Shown here piece by piece: positions 1 through 9,529 of a stretch of 64,000 nucleotides of DNA. A program made the position numbers and the translations under genes. Source of the DNA: a virus; IMG/VR virus record IMGVR_UViG_3300034418_011250, positions 24,935-88,934 of that record, one strand, 5' to 3'. The stretch's first letter is position 1, and each line of letters starts with the position of its first letter. A model generated the notes under the pieces. It saw only the letters and a program-made list of their open reading frames with translations, did not search any database and had not been told where the DNA came from.

Positions 1-1257
1 GAATACATAATCTTTTGAATCATTATCAAGTTTCCAACCATCAGGCACATAAACAATTCCACCTTTCTGATTTATTTCCAGCATCTTTCGATTACCATCT
101 GTTGTATAAAAATGTATTTTTGATTTAACAGGTGTTTCTGAATGATAATCCTGATAATTAGGATCTGTCATCATATCTAGTTCTTTGGTATTTTTTAGAT
201 ATATTGTATTTTCTTTGATTAAACACCGATCAGCCACATTTTTCAACATATTTGCTAATATAACAGACTTCATTCCATAGGAACCATGAACTCCAAGATA
301 GTTTGACATGATTTCCATGACTTCTTTACTATTACTTGTTAAAGAATATTCGGATGGAAATTTATCTGAACCAAATTTTGTTATTTTATAATTTTTATTA
401 TATCCACCATCAATCACCTTGATGAATGATGCATTGAAGAATACTGCTTGTGTTGGTTCTGAACGATGTATGATTCCTGCATCGTTTTTATCAGCAATAC
501 CATGATACCCCAGATCCCTAAAAATTTTATTCCAAAGATTTGTTGGTGAACCTCTCCTGATGTTTTCATACACTTCAATTCTAATTTTTTTGTCTGAAAA
601 ATTAGCACGTTTCTTAGGATCAAGCATTGCTTCTTGAACTTCTTCTTCATATTCTTTCATCAATCTTGTGCTAATTTGGCCTGTCATTATAAAAAATGTA
701 TATCTTGTCATGTTCCAAAATTGACCACCAATGGATCTATTCTTAGAATTCTGTGTTGCTGCTTCTAGAGTTGCTTTCGCCACTTCCCAACTGAACCATT
801 GATTCATCTTATTCTTCTTCATGAAAAAATTGATAATCATTTTGGCAAGTTTATCATAATCTTTATCATAACTAGCAGAACTGTATTTTTTCAGATCAAC
901 AATCTTGTCTGTAGCTTTTGGTTTGAAAATATAAACAAATGGTTGTTCACCAGCAAATGGAACATCCAAAGTTTTATCAACAGGATTTTTGTGTTTCTTC
1001 CAGATTTCTTTCAGAGGATATGAATAAATACCATTTGGTGTATTATATTCTGAATTTGGATTTATTCCAATCTTATAACCTTCTGCACTTTTACTCATTG
1101 AACCTACATCAGCAACATATGTAATATAAACATCACTATCATTGGCTAATGGTTCCAATTTGTCATAAAGAGGAATTTTGGGATTTAATTCTTTTCCTGT
1201 TTTCTTTGAAATAGGATTTCTTCTTGCTTCATCTAAAAAGTTGCGAAATGTTTTCAT
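1..1257 (-). CDS. Probable head-packaged protein with ADP-ribosyltransferase-like (ART-PolyVal-like) region; runs off the left window edge
   Basis: Absent from the ORF track because it has no stop in the window. ATG at 1257 gives MKTFRNFLDEARRNP, resembling the T4 internal-protein targeting peptide MKTYQEFIAE. Motifs IGINPNSEYNTPNGIYSYPL and DLGYHGIADKNDAGIIHRSEPTQAVFF. Frame appears open to position 1. ART call is tentative. Confidence 0.6.
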   Translation of the reverse strand, partial: MKTFRNFLDEARRNPISKKTGKELNPKIPLYDKLEPLANDSDVYITYVADVGSMSKSAEGYKIGINPNSEYNTPNGIYSYPLKEIWKKHKNPVDKTLDVPFAGEQPFVYIFKPKATDKIVDLKKYSSASYDKDYDKLAKMIINFFMKKNKMNQWFSWEVAKATLEAATQNSKNRSIGGQFWNMTRYTFFIMTGQISTRLMKEYEEEVQEAMLDPKKRANFSDKKIRIEVYENIRRGSPTNLWNKIFRDLGYHGIADKNDAGIIHRSEPTQAVFFNASFIKVIDGGYNKNYKITKFGSDKFPSEYSLTSNSKEVMEIMSNYLGVHGSYGMKSVILANMLKNVADRCLIKENTIYLKNTKELDMMTDPNYQDYHSETPVKSKIHFYTTDGNRKMLEINQKGGIVYVPDGWKLDNDSKDYVF

Positions 1258-1259
1258 CT

Positions 1260-1733
1260 TTACGATCCCCAAATAGGTAGTTTTTGTATAATGAATCCTA
1301 GAACAATGGAACCTCCAATGATTAGCCATCTCCATTTTTCTAGAATTCCTATGCGATTTGATATTTCATTATGTAGCTTTTTAAATTCTTCAGTTGTTCG
1401 TTTGTTATGTTCATCCATTACTGTGGTCAGTCTTCGTTCTGTTTCAGCAATATGAAGGAATGTTTCTTTAGAATTGGTTGTAATTCGTGAGTGCAGTTCT
1501 TGTATGTTATCGTGCAATTTCTTTTCCTGACTAATAATGTTATCTTCTTGTCTTGTTAGTTTTTCCTCATGAACTGCCATAATTGTATGCAATGATTGCG
1601 ATACTTCGGCAATCTTTTCAATTGCGGAATCTAAACGTAAATGAATTTGTTTTAAATCGGCTATATCTTTTTTAAGAATAGCAACATCAGTCTCGATTGT
1701 CATTTGGGATGTTTCCTCTAATTGCTTCTTCAT
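1260..1733 (-). CDS. Conserved T4-like phage coiled-coil protein with C-terminal transmembrane helix, next to spanins
   Basis: Heptad-rich helix; C-terminal LEKWRWLIIGGSIVLGFII. Confidence 0.6.
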   Translation of the reverse strand: MKKQLEETSQMTIETDVAILKKDIADLKQIHLRLDSAIEKIAEVSQSLHTIMAVHEEKLTRQEDNIISQEKKLHDNIQELHSRITTNSKETFLHIAETERRLTTVMDEHNKRTTEEFKKLHNEISNRIGILEKWRWLIIGGSIVLGFIIQKLPIWGS

Positions 1734-2094
1734 AGTACTCTATGATTTCTTTTTGTTGTATTATGTATCTGCGAATGTCTGATACATTTAAAGATAAGTT
1801 TTCATAATCTTTGGGTGTCAAAGCAAAGAATACAATCACACCATTTTGTTCTTTTTTTAATTCATCAAAAAAAGAATCAATGGTTTCGTCAGTGACAACA
1901 TACCATTCAAGACCATTCATCTTCAGTGGTTTAGGTCTTGCCTGAATAGGAATTTTTTTATCAATATATTTAGTTTCTACAATAATCTTGGGTGGGAGAG
2001 GTTCAGAGGATGAAAAGAATGAACAACTACTAAGGAGTGGTAGGGACAGCAGTAATATCTTCCAGTTCTTTGAAAATTTTAGTTGTGGCATCAT
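1687..2094 (-). CDS. o-spanin (Rz1-like outer-membrane lipoprotein)
   Basis: Lipobox LLLSLPLLSSC, Pro-rich segment, C-terminal helix YENLSLNVSDIRRYI; overlaps the 3' end of the upstream i-spanin. Confidence 0.7.
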   Translation of the reverse strand: MMPQLKFSKNWKILLLSLPLLSSCSFFSSSEPLPPKIIVETKYIDKKIPIQARPKPLKMNGLEWYVVTDETIDSFFDELKKEQNGVIVFFALTPKDYENLSLNVSDIRRYIIQQKEIIEYYEEAIRGNIPNDNRD

Positions 2095-2419
2095 TCACTC
2101 TTTTTTCTATAAGACCTGGTTTTGCTGTTGACAGTTTTGTTAGATTATGTTCATTAAGTTTCTTTTGAAGGTCATCTTGATATTTTTCAGCTTCTTGTAA
2201 TTCAGTTTGTAACTTTTCTTGAAGAAGCTGCATTTGTACAGATTCTTCTCTCATTCTGTCAATAGCTTCATTTGTTACTTTAACAGCATTCTCGTATGCT
2301 GTGATGTTCTTTTGTAATTGTATTATGGTTTCTTGTGAATCTTTGAAATAAGAATAACCACCATACAATACTGTTCCAAGTATACCTAATACAATCACTG
2401 TTGCATAAAGTTTAATCAT
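2030..2419 (-). CDS. i-spanin (Rz-like)
   Basis: N-terminal TM helix, long coiled coil, KPGLIEKRVN motif typical of T4-like i-spanins. Confidence 0.7.
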   Translation of the reverse strand: MIKLYATVIVLGILGTVLYGGYSYFKDSQETIIQLQKNITAYENAVKVTNEAIDRMREESVQMQLLQEKLQTELQEAEKYQDDLQKKLNEHNLTKLSTAKPGLIEKRVNDATTKIFKELEDITAVPTTP

Positions 2420-2585
2420 ATTTCTTTTTGTGATTCTTTACAATATTCAATACTCTTCTTGGTTGTGTTTCTTCTATTTCTTTCTTTTTGTTCTTCTTTT
2501 GAACAATAACTGTATCTACAGGTTCATCGTCATTTAATGATGCAATTGGTTTATATGTATCTACTGGGACGTATGATGATGCCAT
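2412..2585 (-). CDS. Small hypothetical protein (57 aa, MASSYVPVDT...KKKYD)
   Basis: Translated by hand. The start overlaps the upstream stop (TAATG) and the ORF fills the gap to the i-spanin. Confidence 0.55.
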   Translation of the reverse strand: MASSYVPVDTYKPIASLNDDEPVDTVIVQKKNKKKEIEETQPRRVLNIVKNHKKKYD

Positions 2586-3421
2586 TATTCGTTATCCACT
2601 AAAATGATGTCAAATGTTGTTGATATTTCTGAACCTGTTGAACATAATGCTCTTGCTTCTATATCTGTCTTTTCTAAAAATTTAAGAGGAATATTATAAT
2701 CTCTTGTAAAATGTCCTCCTGGAACACACATTACATCTAGTGTTCTAAAAGCACCACCACCAAAAGGTTTAAACACTAACCATGCTGTACATTGGTCATT
2801 ATATGCTCCAACACCAACATTCCATTGTGTCATGTATCCTGTTTTTCCTGCTGGTATGGTATAAAATCCAGAGAAAGATTGACCTGTTCCATATACTGTT
2901 CCGCCACCCAAAGTATCAATAGTAGTAAGAACTTTTCCTAAACTGGCAGCATCTGATATTGATAGAGTTCCTACATTCGTACCAGTTGAACCAGATGTAA
3001 CAACAAATGCACGAAACACTCTTAAAAATTGTACAGCACTTGGTGCACCACCTACAACAATGGTATCTTCTACAGCAGTATAATTTGCATCTAATCCTTG
3101 AACGGTAACAGTTCTTGCACCAATTGCTGCTGCACCATCGCTTCCACTTGAACTATAACAATAAACAATGGAAGGAGAAGAAAGATAAGAATAAACTCCA
3201 CCACCTCCCCAAATGGTTTCTGGAGCACCACCAATTGAAGGATTTCTTCCAAATTTATGAATAACAGAATATCCTTCTAAATTTCCAGCTGCAATCACAA
3301 CATTTGATGCTGCACCAAATGTGTTGATAATGTTTCCATCTTCATCGCTAATCATCACCACTTCATGATTTGTGGTTTGTTGCGGAAGATAAGCCTGTGA
3401 GTATTTACTCCATTGTGCCAT
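2585..3421 (-). CDS. Hypothetical, likely virion-associated beta-rich protein
   Basis: Gly/Ser/Thr-rich; HKFGRNP, GARTVTVQGLDANY, YTIPAGKTGYM motifs seen in aquatic phage structural proteins. Likely start MAQWSK at 3421. Confidence 0.55.
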   Translation of the reverse strand: MAQWSKYSQAYLPQQTTNHEVVMISDEDGNIINTFGAASNVVIAAGNLEGYSVIHKFGRNPSIGGAPETIWGGGGVYSYLSSPSIVYCYSSSGSDGAAAIGARTVTVQGLDANYTAVEDTIVVGGAPSAVQFLRVFRAFVVTSGSTGTNVGTLSISDAASLGKVLTTIDTLGGGTVYGTGQSFSGFYTIPAGKTGYMTQWNVGVGAYNDQCTAWLVFKPFGGGAFRTLDVMCVPGGHFTRDYNIPLKFLEKTDIEARALCSTGSEISTTFDIILVDNE

Positions 3422-3422
3422 A

Positions 3423-3656
3423 TTATTCTTTCTTTGATGCTCGCTTCTCTCTTGCAAGCATGATTCGTTTTACTAACTCTTTTACAATTTTTGTACGACC
3501 ATCATATGTCATGTCTTTCTTTTTCTTTTTGTCAATCAATGGTCTATCCGGATTAGCAATTGCTGGACCAGTTGAGTTGGTTGGTGCCTCTTCATTACGA
3601 ATTCCTGATTTAGGATCACTGTAATATTTTTGCATTAGTTCTTGAAAAGAAATCAT
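3423..3656 (-). CDS. Small conserved T4-like protein (EEAPTNSTG motif), probable internal head protein
   Basis: MISFQEL N-terminus, EEAPTN motif, basic tail. Confidence 0.55.
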   Translation of the reverse strand: MISFQELMQKYYSDPKSGIRNEEAPTNSTGPAIANPDRPLIDKKKKKDMTYDGRTKIVKELVKRIMLAREKRASKKE

Positions 3657-4231
3657 TTCTTAATCCTTATGTCATCTACTGAAACATATATTGGCTGATT
3701 TGTTCTTTTATGTATTGCTTCATAAATGTCAATTCCCAAAACATTATCAACAGGGCTGGCATCATTCTCAAAAATAATTCTATCACCAAATTTTGCTAAT
3801 GTCTCAAAATCCGGAAGCATCATTTCTGATCTCAATTTATACTCACCAGAAGGAATGCTTCCGAAATAATCTTCAGATATTTCAGAACTGAGATTATTAT
3901 CTTTCATTATTTCTTCTAATAACATTTTCTGTATTTGATCAAAATCTTCTATTTGTTCTTTGAATGTGTCTTTTAAAAGAAATAATGCTGCTGCATATGT
4001 TCCAAGTCTTGTCCCCAATCCTGGAACCTTTCCCATCAATCTTTTGATATTAAAAATCAATTTATGAAGAATAGTGTAAGATGCTTTTTCTTCAGGTGTT
4101 TCTATTTCTTTTTCAGTTCTATAACCTTTATCATCAATAATACCATAGGTAAAAGCATCTTGTTTATTAAATGGTTTTACTAATAATTTTATGAATCTGT
4201 ATGTGACAAATAAATCTACTAATCTTCCCAT
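3653..4231 (-). CDS. Conserved hypothetical T4-like phage protein
   Basis: DLFVTYRFIKLLVKPF, AFTYGIID, YAAALFLLKD motifs; tightly packed in the operon. Confidence 0.65.
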   Translation of the reverse strand: MGRLVDLFVTYRFIKLLVKPFNKQDAFTYGIIDDKGYRTEKEIETPEEKASYTILHKLIFNIKRLMGKVPGLGTRLGTYAAALFLLKDTFKEQIEDFDQIQKMLLEEIMKDNNLSSEISEDYFGSIPSGEYKLRSEMMLPDFETLAKFGDRIIFENDASPVDNVLGIDIYEAIHKRTNQPIYVSVDDIRIKK

Positions 4232-4594
4232 TTAAATTTTCTCTAATATGCTTTTTATTTTTTGATTTATTGGTATTTCTTTTAGTTCGAATTCGTTTAA
4301 CATGTTTAAATATAAAAGAAATGTTTTTAAATAGGACCAATATTTTTGTTCTATTCTAAAAAACAAAAGTGTTGTTCCTGCATCTACCCCAAAAAGATTG
4401 GTGATAATTATAATATGATTTAAAATCAGTCTTTCTTTTAAAATGCCTGATTCATCATATTTTGAAAATAATTTTTTGATGTAGGTGAAGCGTTTCATGT
4501 CATCATAAAACTCTTCTTCACCTACACACTGAGGATTATCGTAATGTTTTATTGCGAATAAAAGAAAATTTTCATTCGTTATCTTCTGAAACAT
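4232..4594 (-). CDS. Conserved hypothetical T4-like phage protein
   Basis: NFLLFAIKHYDNPQC...EFYDDMKRF...ERLILNHIII motif common in marine T4-like phages. Confidence 0.7.
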   Translation of the reverse strand: MFQKITNENFLLFAIKHYDNPQCVGEEEFYDDMKRFTYIKKLFSKYDESGILKERLILNHIIIITNLFGVDAGTTLLFFRIEQKYWSYLKTFLLYLNMLNEFELKEIPINQKIKSILEKI

Positions 4595-4739
4595 TACCTT
4601 CTTCTACATCATCGTTTAAAATCTTCACATTTTCTTCTTTTGGTTGCTCAACTGCTGGCTTGGGCGCTTCATCAACTACTGGTTTGGGCACTTTCTTTTC
4701 AACCATTGGCATACCATTTGCTGCATATCTTATTGCCAT
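4572..4739 (-). CDS. Small hypothetical protein (55 aa, MAIRYAANGMP...)
   Basis: Translated by hand; AAGGA SD upstream; fills the intergenic gap. Confidence 0.55.
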   Translation of the reverse strand: MAIRYAANGMPMVEKKVPKPVVDEAPKPAVEQPKEENVKILNDDVEEGNVSEDNE

Positions 4740-4750
4740 GTATTTATTCC

Positions 4751-5209
4751 TTATGGATTAATTGTTGTTCCATAATTACTAATAACAATCCAATTTGAAT
4801 TAGTAAATAAAAGAACAATAGTTTGTCCAACAGCAGTAAATGTAAATGAGGTTCCATTAGCAAAATTTGTTGGTGTCACTTGCGCATCATCATCATGTCC
4901 TGTCATAGTAATAATTTTAATTTGGCCACGAGAGCCATCTGCAAGTGTATGAGTAGATGCAGAACCAGTCGACAATGAAGATGTATCAATTTCTGTTATA
5001 GATGTTATAAGATTAACTGGATCATTTGTTTGTATAATTGGTTGTGGAACCCCATCCAATCCAATCCATGTTGGAATGTTATTAAAAACATTGGCAACTG
5101 TCACTTTTTTGTTTACTGGGCTTCCACCCATGTCAATAACATGCAATAAATCTATACCTTCAATTCCATCTTGCAAATCTTCTAAAGCAGTAATTTTTTT
5201 ATCAGCCAT
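4751..5209 (-). CDS. Conserved virion structural protein
   Basis: MADKKITAL N-terminus; TLADGSRGQIKII motif. Confidence 0.6.
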   Translation of the reverse strand: MADKKITALEDLQDGIEGIDLLHVIDMGGSPVNKKVTVANVFNNIPTWIGLDGVPQPIIQTNDPVNLITSITEIDTSSLSTGSASTHTLADGSRGQIKIITMTGHDDDAQVTPTNFANGTSFTFTAVGQTIVLLFTNSNWIVISNYGTTINP

Positions 5210-5240
5210 TTATGTTATTCCTTTTAAATTATTTAAACCT

Positions 5241-5483
5241 TCAACTCAGTACTGCACTTACAGCACTATTGTCTTGCGAAGGGATGCTACTTGCGGGACT
5301 CGCATCAAACATTTCTAAAAACACCTCGCATTGTTGTATTGCTCCAGAAAGAGCATAACTTTTAATTGACAATTGAGTTTTTATTTTTTCAACATTTTCT
5401 AACTCTTTCTGGAGAGCTTCTTTTCTCTCTTCAATTTGCTCAATTGTCAATCCATTTTCCATAAATTTACCATTCTTTTTCAT
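5241..5483 (-). CDS. Small coiled-coil protein
   Basis: ALSGAIQQC motif with heptad pattern. Confidence 0.55.
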   Translation of the reverse strand: MKKNGKFMENGLTIEQIEERKEALQKELENVEKIKTQLSIKSYALSGAIQQCEVFLEMFDASPASSIPSQDNSAVSAVLS

Positions 5484-5490
5484 TCATACC

Positions 5491-6042
5491 TTATGCAGAA
5501 ACTGTCAATGTCGAAGCAGAAGCAGCATGTGTTAGAATAGATGGCAATGTTGTTTGATAATCATAGATTGTTCCACTATTCAATGCTACTGCATTTGTTC
5601 CAATACTCAATACATCATTTTCTGCTACAGGCAATGTTCCATTTCCACCTGTGGCAGTAAATGTTACTCTATTTCTTGTATGTGATGCATAATCAAGAGT
5701 AAATGTAGATGTAGCGCCTGTGCTATTGACAGTGACTTGCGGTGTTCCAGTAATATCAACTCTTTCATTGAATGTTACAACCACAGATACAGTTCCACCA
5801 TTTAATTCACTGTAAGCAGAAGCTGCTGAAAATTCAATAGCAGAAATATTTGCTGCACCCAATCCAGCAGTTGCACTGGTTCCACCAGCCAATCCACCGA
5901 TTGCTACAATTACTTCTTCCAATCCCTTTCCATTCAATTGTACCCAACCACGATCAGTTGCATACACATTTTTCTTTTGCTCATCTGTCAACCATTTAGG
6001 CTTTGCCTCGTCGACATTTGCCGTTGTTCCCCATAGTGCCAT
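5491..6042 (-). CDS. Conserved virion structural protein (MALWG family, Ig-like C-terminus)
   Basis: MALWG...GWV...VVVTFNERVDITGTP; strong AAGGAG SD. Confidence 0.6.
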   Translation of the reverse strand: MALWGTTANVDEAKPKWLTDEQKKNVYATDRGWVQLNGKGLEEVIVAIGGLAGGTSATAGLGAANISAIEFSAASAYSELNGGTVSVVVTFNERVDITGTPQVTVNSTGATSTFTLDYASHTRNRVTFTATGGNGTLPVAENDVLSIGTNAVALNSGTIYDYQTTLPSILTHAASASTLTVSA

Positions 6043-6078
6043 TTTAATTTCTCCTTAAGAAATATGCTTTGGTTATAT

Positions 6079-7119
6079 TTATTTGTTTTCAACTCTTATC
6101 TGAGACCATGGTTTGCCTGTCATGGTTTTTTGTCCAGATTCTTCCGTTTTGACTCCATACTTTTTCATATATTTTTTAACAACTTTTTCCATATCAGGAG
6201 TGCCAACACCTCTAAAGGAATCAACATTCTTTCCTTTGTAATAAACATCACCCAAATTACTTTTATCATTATATGTAACATACATATCATCACTTACATG
6301 ATACATAGTCTTTTGGAAACCAGATGCACCAGATGTTGAAGTTTTGACATCCATTCCCATAATCTTTTTCATTGCTGATTTCATATCACCTTCTTGAATA
6401 GATTTATTTTTTGATTCAGCCACCACACCTTTATTTGAGGATTTACATTTCGGACAAAATCCTTTATTTTTTTTCCAAGCAGCTTCAGTTGAAACTTCAT
6501 CACATTCAACACATGCGATTTTTTTAACTGCTTCACTAACCATTTCGTTTTTAGCCTTATAATTGGCATCAACATAATTGAAAAACTTCTTTCTCAATTC
6601 ATCAGTTTTCAACTCAGATGGAGAACTAATATTAAATTTTTTCATTGCAGCGTCAAATACTTTTCTGTATGCAGCAACATTTGTTGATGTATCGGTAGTT
6701 TTTGGATTACTGCTTGTTGAATAAGCCTCTTCAACTGATTCTTTTTTTGATTGTTCTGCTTTACGAATCATAAGTTTAAGTGATTGTGAAGAAGTTCCAC
6801 TAGGCGCTTTTTTACCAGTTAATTTTTCATACTTATCTACTAGATCTTGATGTCTTACCTTTTCATCAATCATATTCTCTTCTTTTTTCATTGGTAGTCC
6901 TTTGTGTTTTGTTTTTGCAAAATCTTCTAAATCCTTTTCACTCATATTCATCATTTCCTTTGCTGGACCTTCCAATTTAGAAGGATCAATTTCACCTCGT
7001 TTTGCAGCAAGTGCAATCCCAGCAGCTTTCTGTTGTGCAACAGAAACTGATTTTTCTTGAATGTTTTTTACGATGGAGTCTTCAAGACTGCCTTCTATGA
7101 TTTCAAAATACCGTGACAT
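6079..7119 (-). CDS. Modular probable internal head protein: DUF3008-like domain, Zn-ribbon and other small modules
   Basis: KSVSVAQQKAAGIALAAKRGE...FAKTKHKGLP is DUF3008-like; CVEC...CPKC; repeated [IV]xE sites between modules. Confidence 0.6.
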   Translation of the reverse strand: MSRYFEIIEGSLEDSIVKNIQEKSVSVAQQKAAGIALAAKRGEIDPSKLEGPAKEMMNMSEKDLEDFAKTKHKGLPMKKEENMIDEKVRHQDLVDKYEKLTGKKAPSGTSSQSLKLMIRKAEQSKKESVEEAYSTSSNPKTTDTSTNVAAYRKVFDAAMKKFNISSPSELKTDELRKKFFNYVDANYKAKNEMVSEAVKKIACVECDEVSTEAAWKKNKGFCPKCKSSNKGVVAESKNKSIQEGDMKSAMKKIMGMDVKTSTSGASGFQKTMYHVSDDMYVTYNDKSNLGDVYYKGKNVDSFRGVGTPDMEKVVKKYMKKYGVKTEESGQKTMTGKPWSQIRVENK

Positions 7120-7120
7120 T

Positions 7121-7528
7121 TTATGCTCCTTGTTTTCTATCTTGTAAAGTGTCTAAGGTTTGTTGTAACGCAGCAATTCTTGACTTGACTTGTGCAATTT
7201 GTTTGTCTAATTGCACTGCTCTATTATCTGCCTTTGGATCTTCTTGTTCTGTCACAGTTCCTTCTGACTCCATATAGTCTCTTACACTATCCAAATAGTC
7301 AACACTTTTTGTGATCTTGGATTGAACCCACTCTGGAAGATTGGTATCATCCTTAATAATATTCATGAGAGAGTCGATGGCGCTCTGTGCAGTTTTCAGT
7401 TGACTGATTGCCATTGAACCTTCTCCATCATACTCGTCTTTTTTAGAAGGGTCAAGTTTTTCTTTGATGCTTATTTCGTTTTCATGAACTTGTTTCATGA
7501 GTTCGTACATCGATGTATATTTCACCAT
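7121..7528 (-). CDS. Conserved hypothetical (EGSMAISQL...LPEWVQSKIT family)
   Basis: Motif common in T4-like head-associated proteins. Confidence 0.6.
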   Translation of the reverse strand: MVKYTSMYELMKQVHENEISIKEKLDPSKKDEYDGEGSMAISQLKTAQSAIDSLMNIIKDDTNLPEWVQSKITKSVDYLDSVRDYMESEGTVTEQEDPKADNRAVQLDKQIAQVKSRIAALQQTLDTLQDRKQGA

Positions 7529-7812
7529 TCTTGTTTTTCCTCTATGTCTAGAATGAGTTCACCTTGTCCTTTGATGATGCGATGATAATCCATCTTTTTT
7601 ATAATATAAGTTTTACCTTTGACCAATTCTTCTGGCAATTTATTATCCATCTGCAACTTCCAACCTTCTCCCTTGACAACAGAAACCACTCTATCTTGTT
7701 TATCTCTATGCCATACTAATTCTTCTTCTTTAATATCACCAGAAAATACTCTTAAAAAATGATCTTGATTAAACCGATCAATGTGTATTTCTGTATATTG
7801 ATTCATGTTCAT
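7522..7812 (-). CDS. Small cupin-like conserved protein
   Basis: ELVWHRD...GWKLQMDN...YHRIIKG motif. Confidence 0.6.
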   Translation of the reverse strand: MNMNQYTEIHIDRFNQDHFLRVFSGDIKEEELVWHRDKQDRVVSVVKGEGWKLQMDNKLPEELVKGKTYIIKKMDYHRIIKGQGELILDIEEKQEW

Positions 7813-8999
7813 AACCAATCTTTAACATTAACAAACACATTAGTTTTTCCTTGCGCAGCCTTTCCTCCAGTATCAGTAAATGTTATGGTCGCCTTTAATA
7901 ATGTCTCACCATTAATTGCTGTAAACATAATATTACCATTATTTGTATTTCCATTTCTTTCAATATTAATAACAAATCCTTTATTCAATTCATTTATTAT
8001 TTTTTTAAATTCTGCGCTTCTCCTTGAGGATAATAATTTTTGATTTTTTCCCTTTCCAATTGAAGCGTAAAAATCATCAGAACTATCTAAACCAAGAAGA
8101 AATAACATTCTTTTATTCAATCTTTCTTTATTTTTTGAATAATGTTGTTTAAATATTTTTGACATTAATTCAATAACATCACCATGAGTGGCCTTTGCTT
8201 CTTTTCTAGCTGCAGCTTTATCCATTCCAGATTGCATTTTATTGCCAATAATATTTTGAAAATCAAGTATTTTATCAATATCAGATTTAGATCCAAAATC
8301 TTTTACAAATTTTTCAACAAACTCAGAAGTGCTTGTTGGCAATGATTTTGGGTCTTCATAAAATAATGTTTTAAATAATGAAATATATGTACTATTAGCT
8401 AAATTAATATTAGTAGATTGATATGCTTTAAGAGAAGCAACAATCGAATCAACTACATTTTTTGGACTTTCTTTATATACATGAAGAATTAAATCTGCCT
8501 TTGTTGTACCCTTTCCAGAGTCTCCCGTCATTTCAATATCAAATGTGAGAAACATTGGATCTTCACCATTAAAACTTATATCACCAACAATTCCCTTTGC
8601 AAGAGTTTGTCCCGCAAAATCCATTCTTTCCAACTCCTTTGTTGGTGCACCTAATCGGTTTAACTCATTTCTCATTTTATCATATACAGCTGTTGTAACT
8701 GATGATTTAGAACGATTAGTTAAATTGTATCCATTTCCTTCCATCAAATCAGACATATATTTGGCAGTAGAATATTCTGACAAATATCCTAATCTGGATT
8801 TCAAATCAATCGTTTCATTAGCAGCTTCAAAAACTTTTTTGGGAATTTGTTTACTAATATTAATGCTAATCTTTTTTCCAAATTTTAATTTTGAAAATGC
8901 ACGTTTAATTAAATTACTAACTGCTCTTCCAATTTTTTTAAAAAAATCAAAAAAACCTTCATCTATTTGATTTTGATTATATTGCTTGAATGTTAACAT
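7809..8999 (-). CDS. Putative PD-(D/E)xK restriction-endonuclease-like protein with head-targeting N-terminus
   Basis: MLTFKQY...IDEG N-terminus; TTKADLILH...VASLKAY catalytic-like spacing; AT-rich. Confidence 0.45.
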   Translation of the reverse strand: MLTFKQYNQNQIDEGFFDFFKKIGRAVSNLIKRAFSKLKFGKKISINISKQIPKKVFEAANETIDLKSRLGYLSEYSTAKYMSDLMEGNGYNLTNRSKSSVTTAVYDKMRNELNRLGAPTKELERMDFAGQTLAKGIVGDISFNGEDPMFLTFDIEMTGDSGKGTTKADLILHVYKESPKNVVDSIVASLKAYQSTNINLANSTYISLFKTLFYEDPKSLPTSTSEFVEKFVKDFGSKSDIDKILDFQNIIGNKMQSGMDKAAARKEAKATHGDVIELMSKIFKQHYSKNKERLNKRMLFLLGLDSSDDFYASIGKGKNQKLLSSRRSAEFKKIINELNKGFVINIERNGNTNNGNIMFTAINGETLLKATITFTDTGGKAAQGKTNVFVNVKDWL

Positions 9000-9005
9000 A
9001 TATTT

Positions 9006-9527
9006 TTACCAGAAAAAATTTCCGCCTCCTGAAAGTCCTAGTTGTTTAGCATATCGAGGAAGATTGCATGCCCAATAAGCAGCTGTTGTTCTATCTTTTT
9101 GTTGATCACATTTATGCCTTGCAGCAAAACTCTTTCTTGCTTCTGGATCATCAATTTTTACTTTTAATCCAGTCGTGTCACCCCACGTGACTTTTTTCAC
9201 ATTTCCAGTTTTTGGATCCTTAACATATACATAATATTTTTTTGGACCACCTTTTTTGGGTTTATTCAATTCAACATCCTTTTCTTCCTCAATCATTGGA
9301 CAATCTAATGGAACATGATTACCTTCATAAACTGCAAATTTACCAATATCTGTTTCTAAAATTTGTTTATCAATACTAGATACATCATGTAACATATTAT
9401 TTTCATACAATTTTCTATATGCATTAAATACTTCAAAATATTTTTCAGATCCTACACGGTAAATATTTGATTCTATAATTGATGATTGGAACTCATCATT
9501 TTCTATGAATTCTTTGAATTCAAACAT
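9006..9527 (-). CDS. Conserved T4-like hypothetical protein
   Basis: KKYYVYVKDPKTGNVKKVTWGD...ARKSFAARHKC...AYWAC; MFEFKEFIE N-terminus. Confidence 0.65.
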   Translation of the reverse strand: MFEFKEFIENDEFQSSIIESNIYRVGSEKYFEVFNAYRKLYENNMLHDVSSIDKQILETDIGKFAVYEGNHVPLDCPMIEEEKDVELNKPKKGGPKKYYVYVKDPKTGNVKKVTWGDTTGLKVKIDDPEARKSFAARHKCDQQKDRTTAAYWACNLPRYAKQLGLSGGGNFFW

Positions 9528-9529
9528 TT

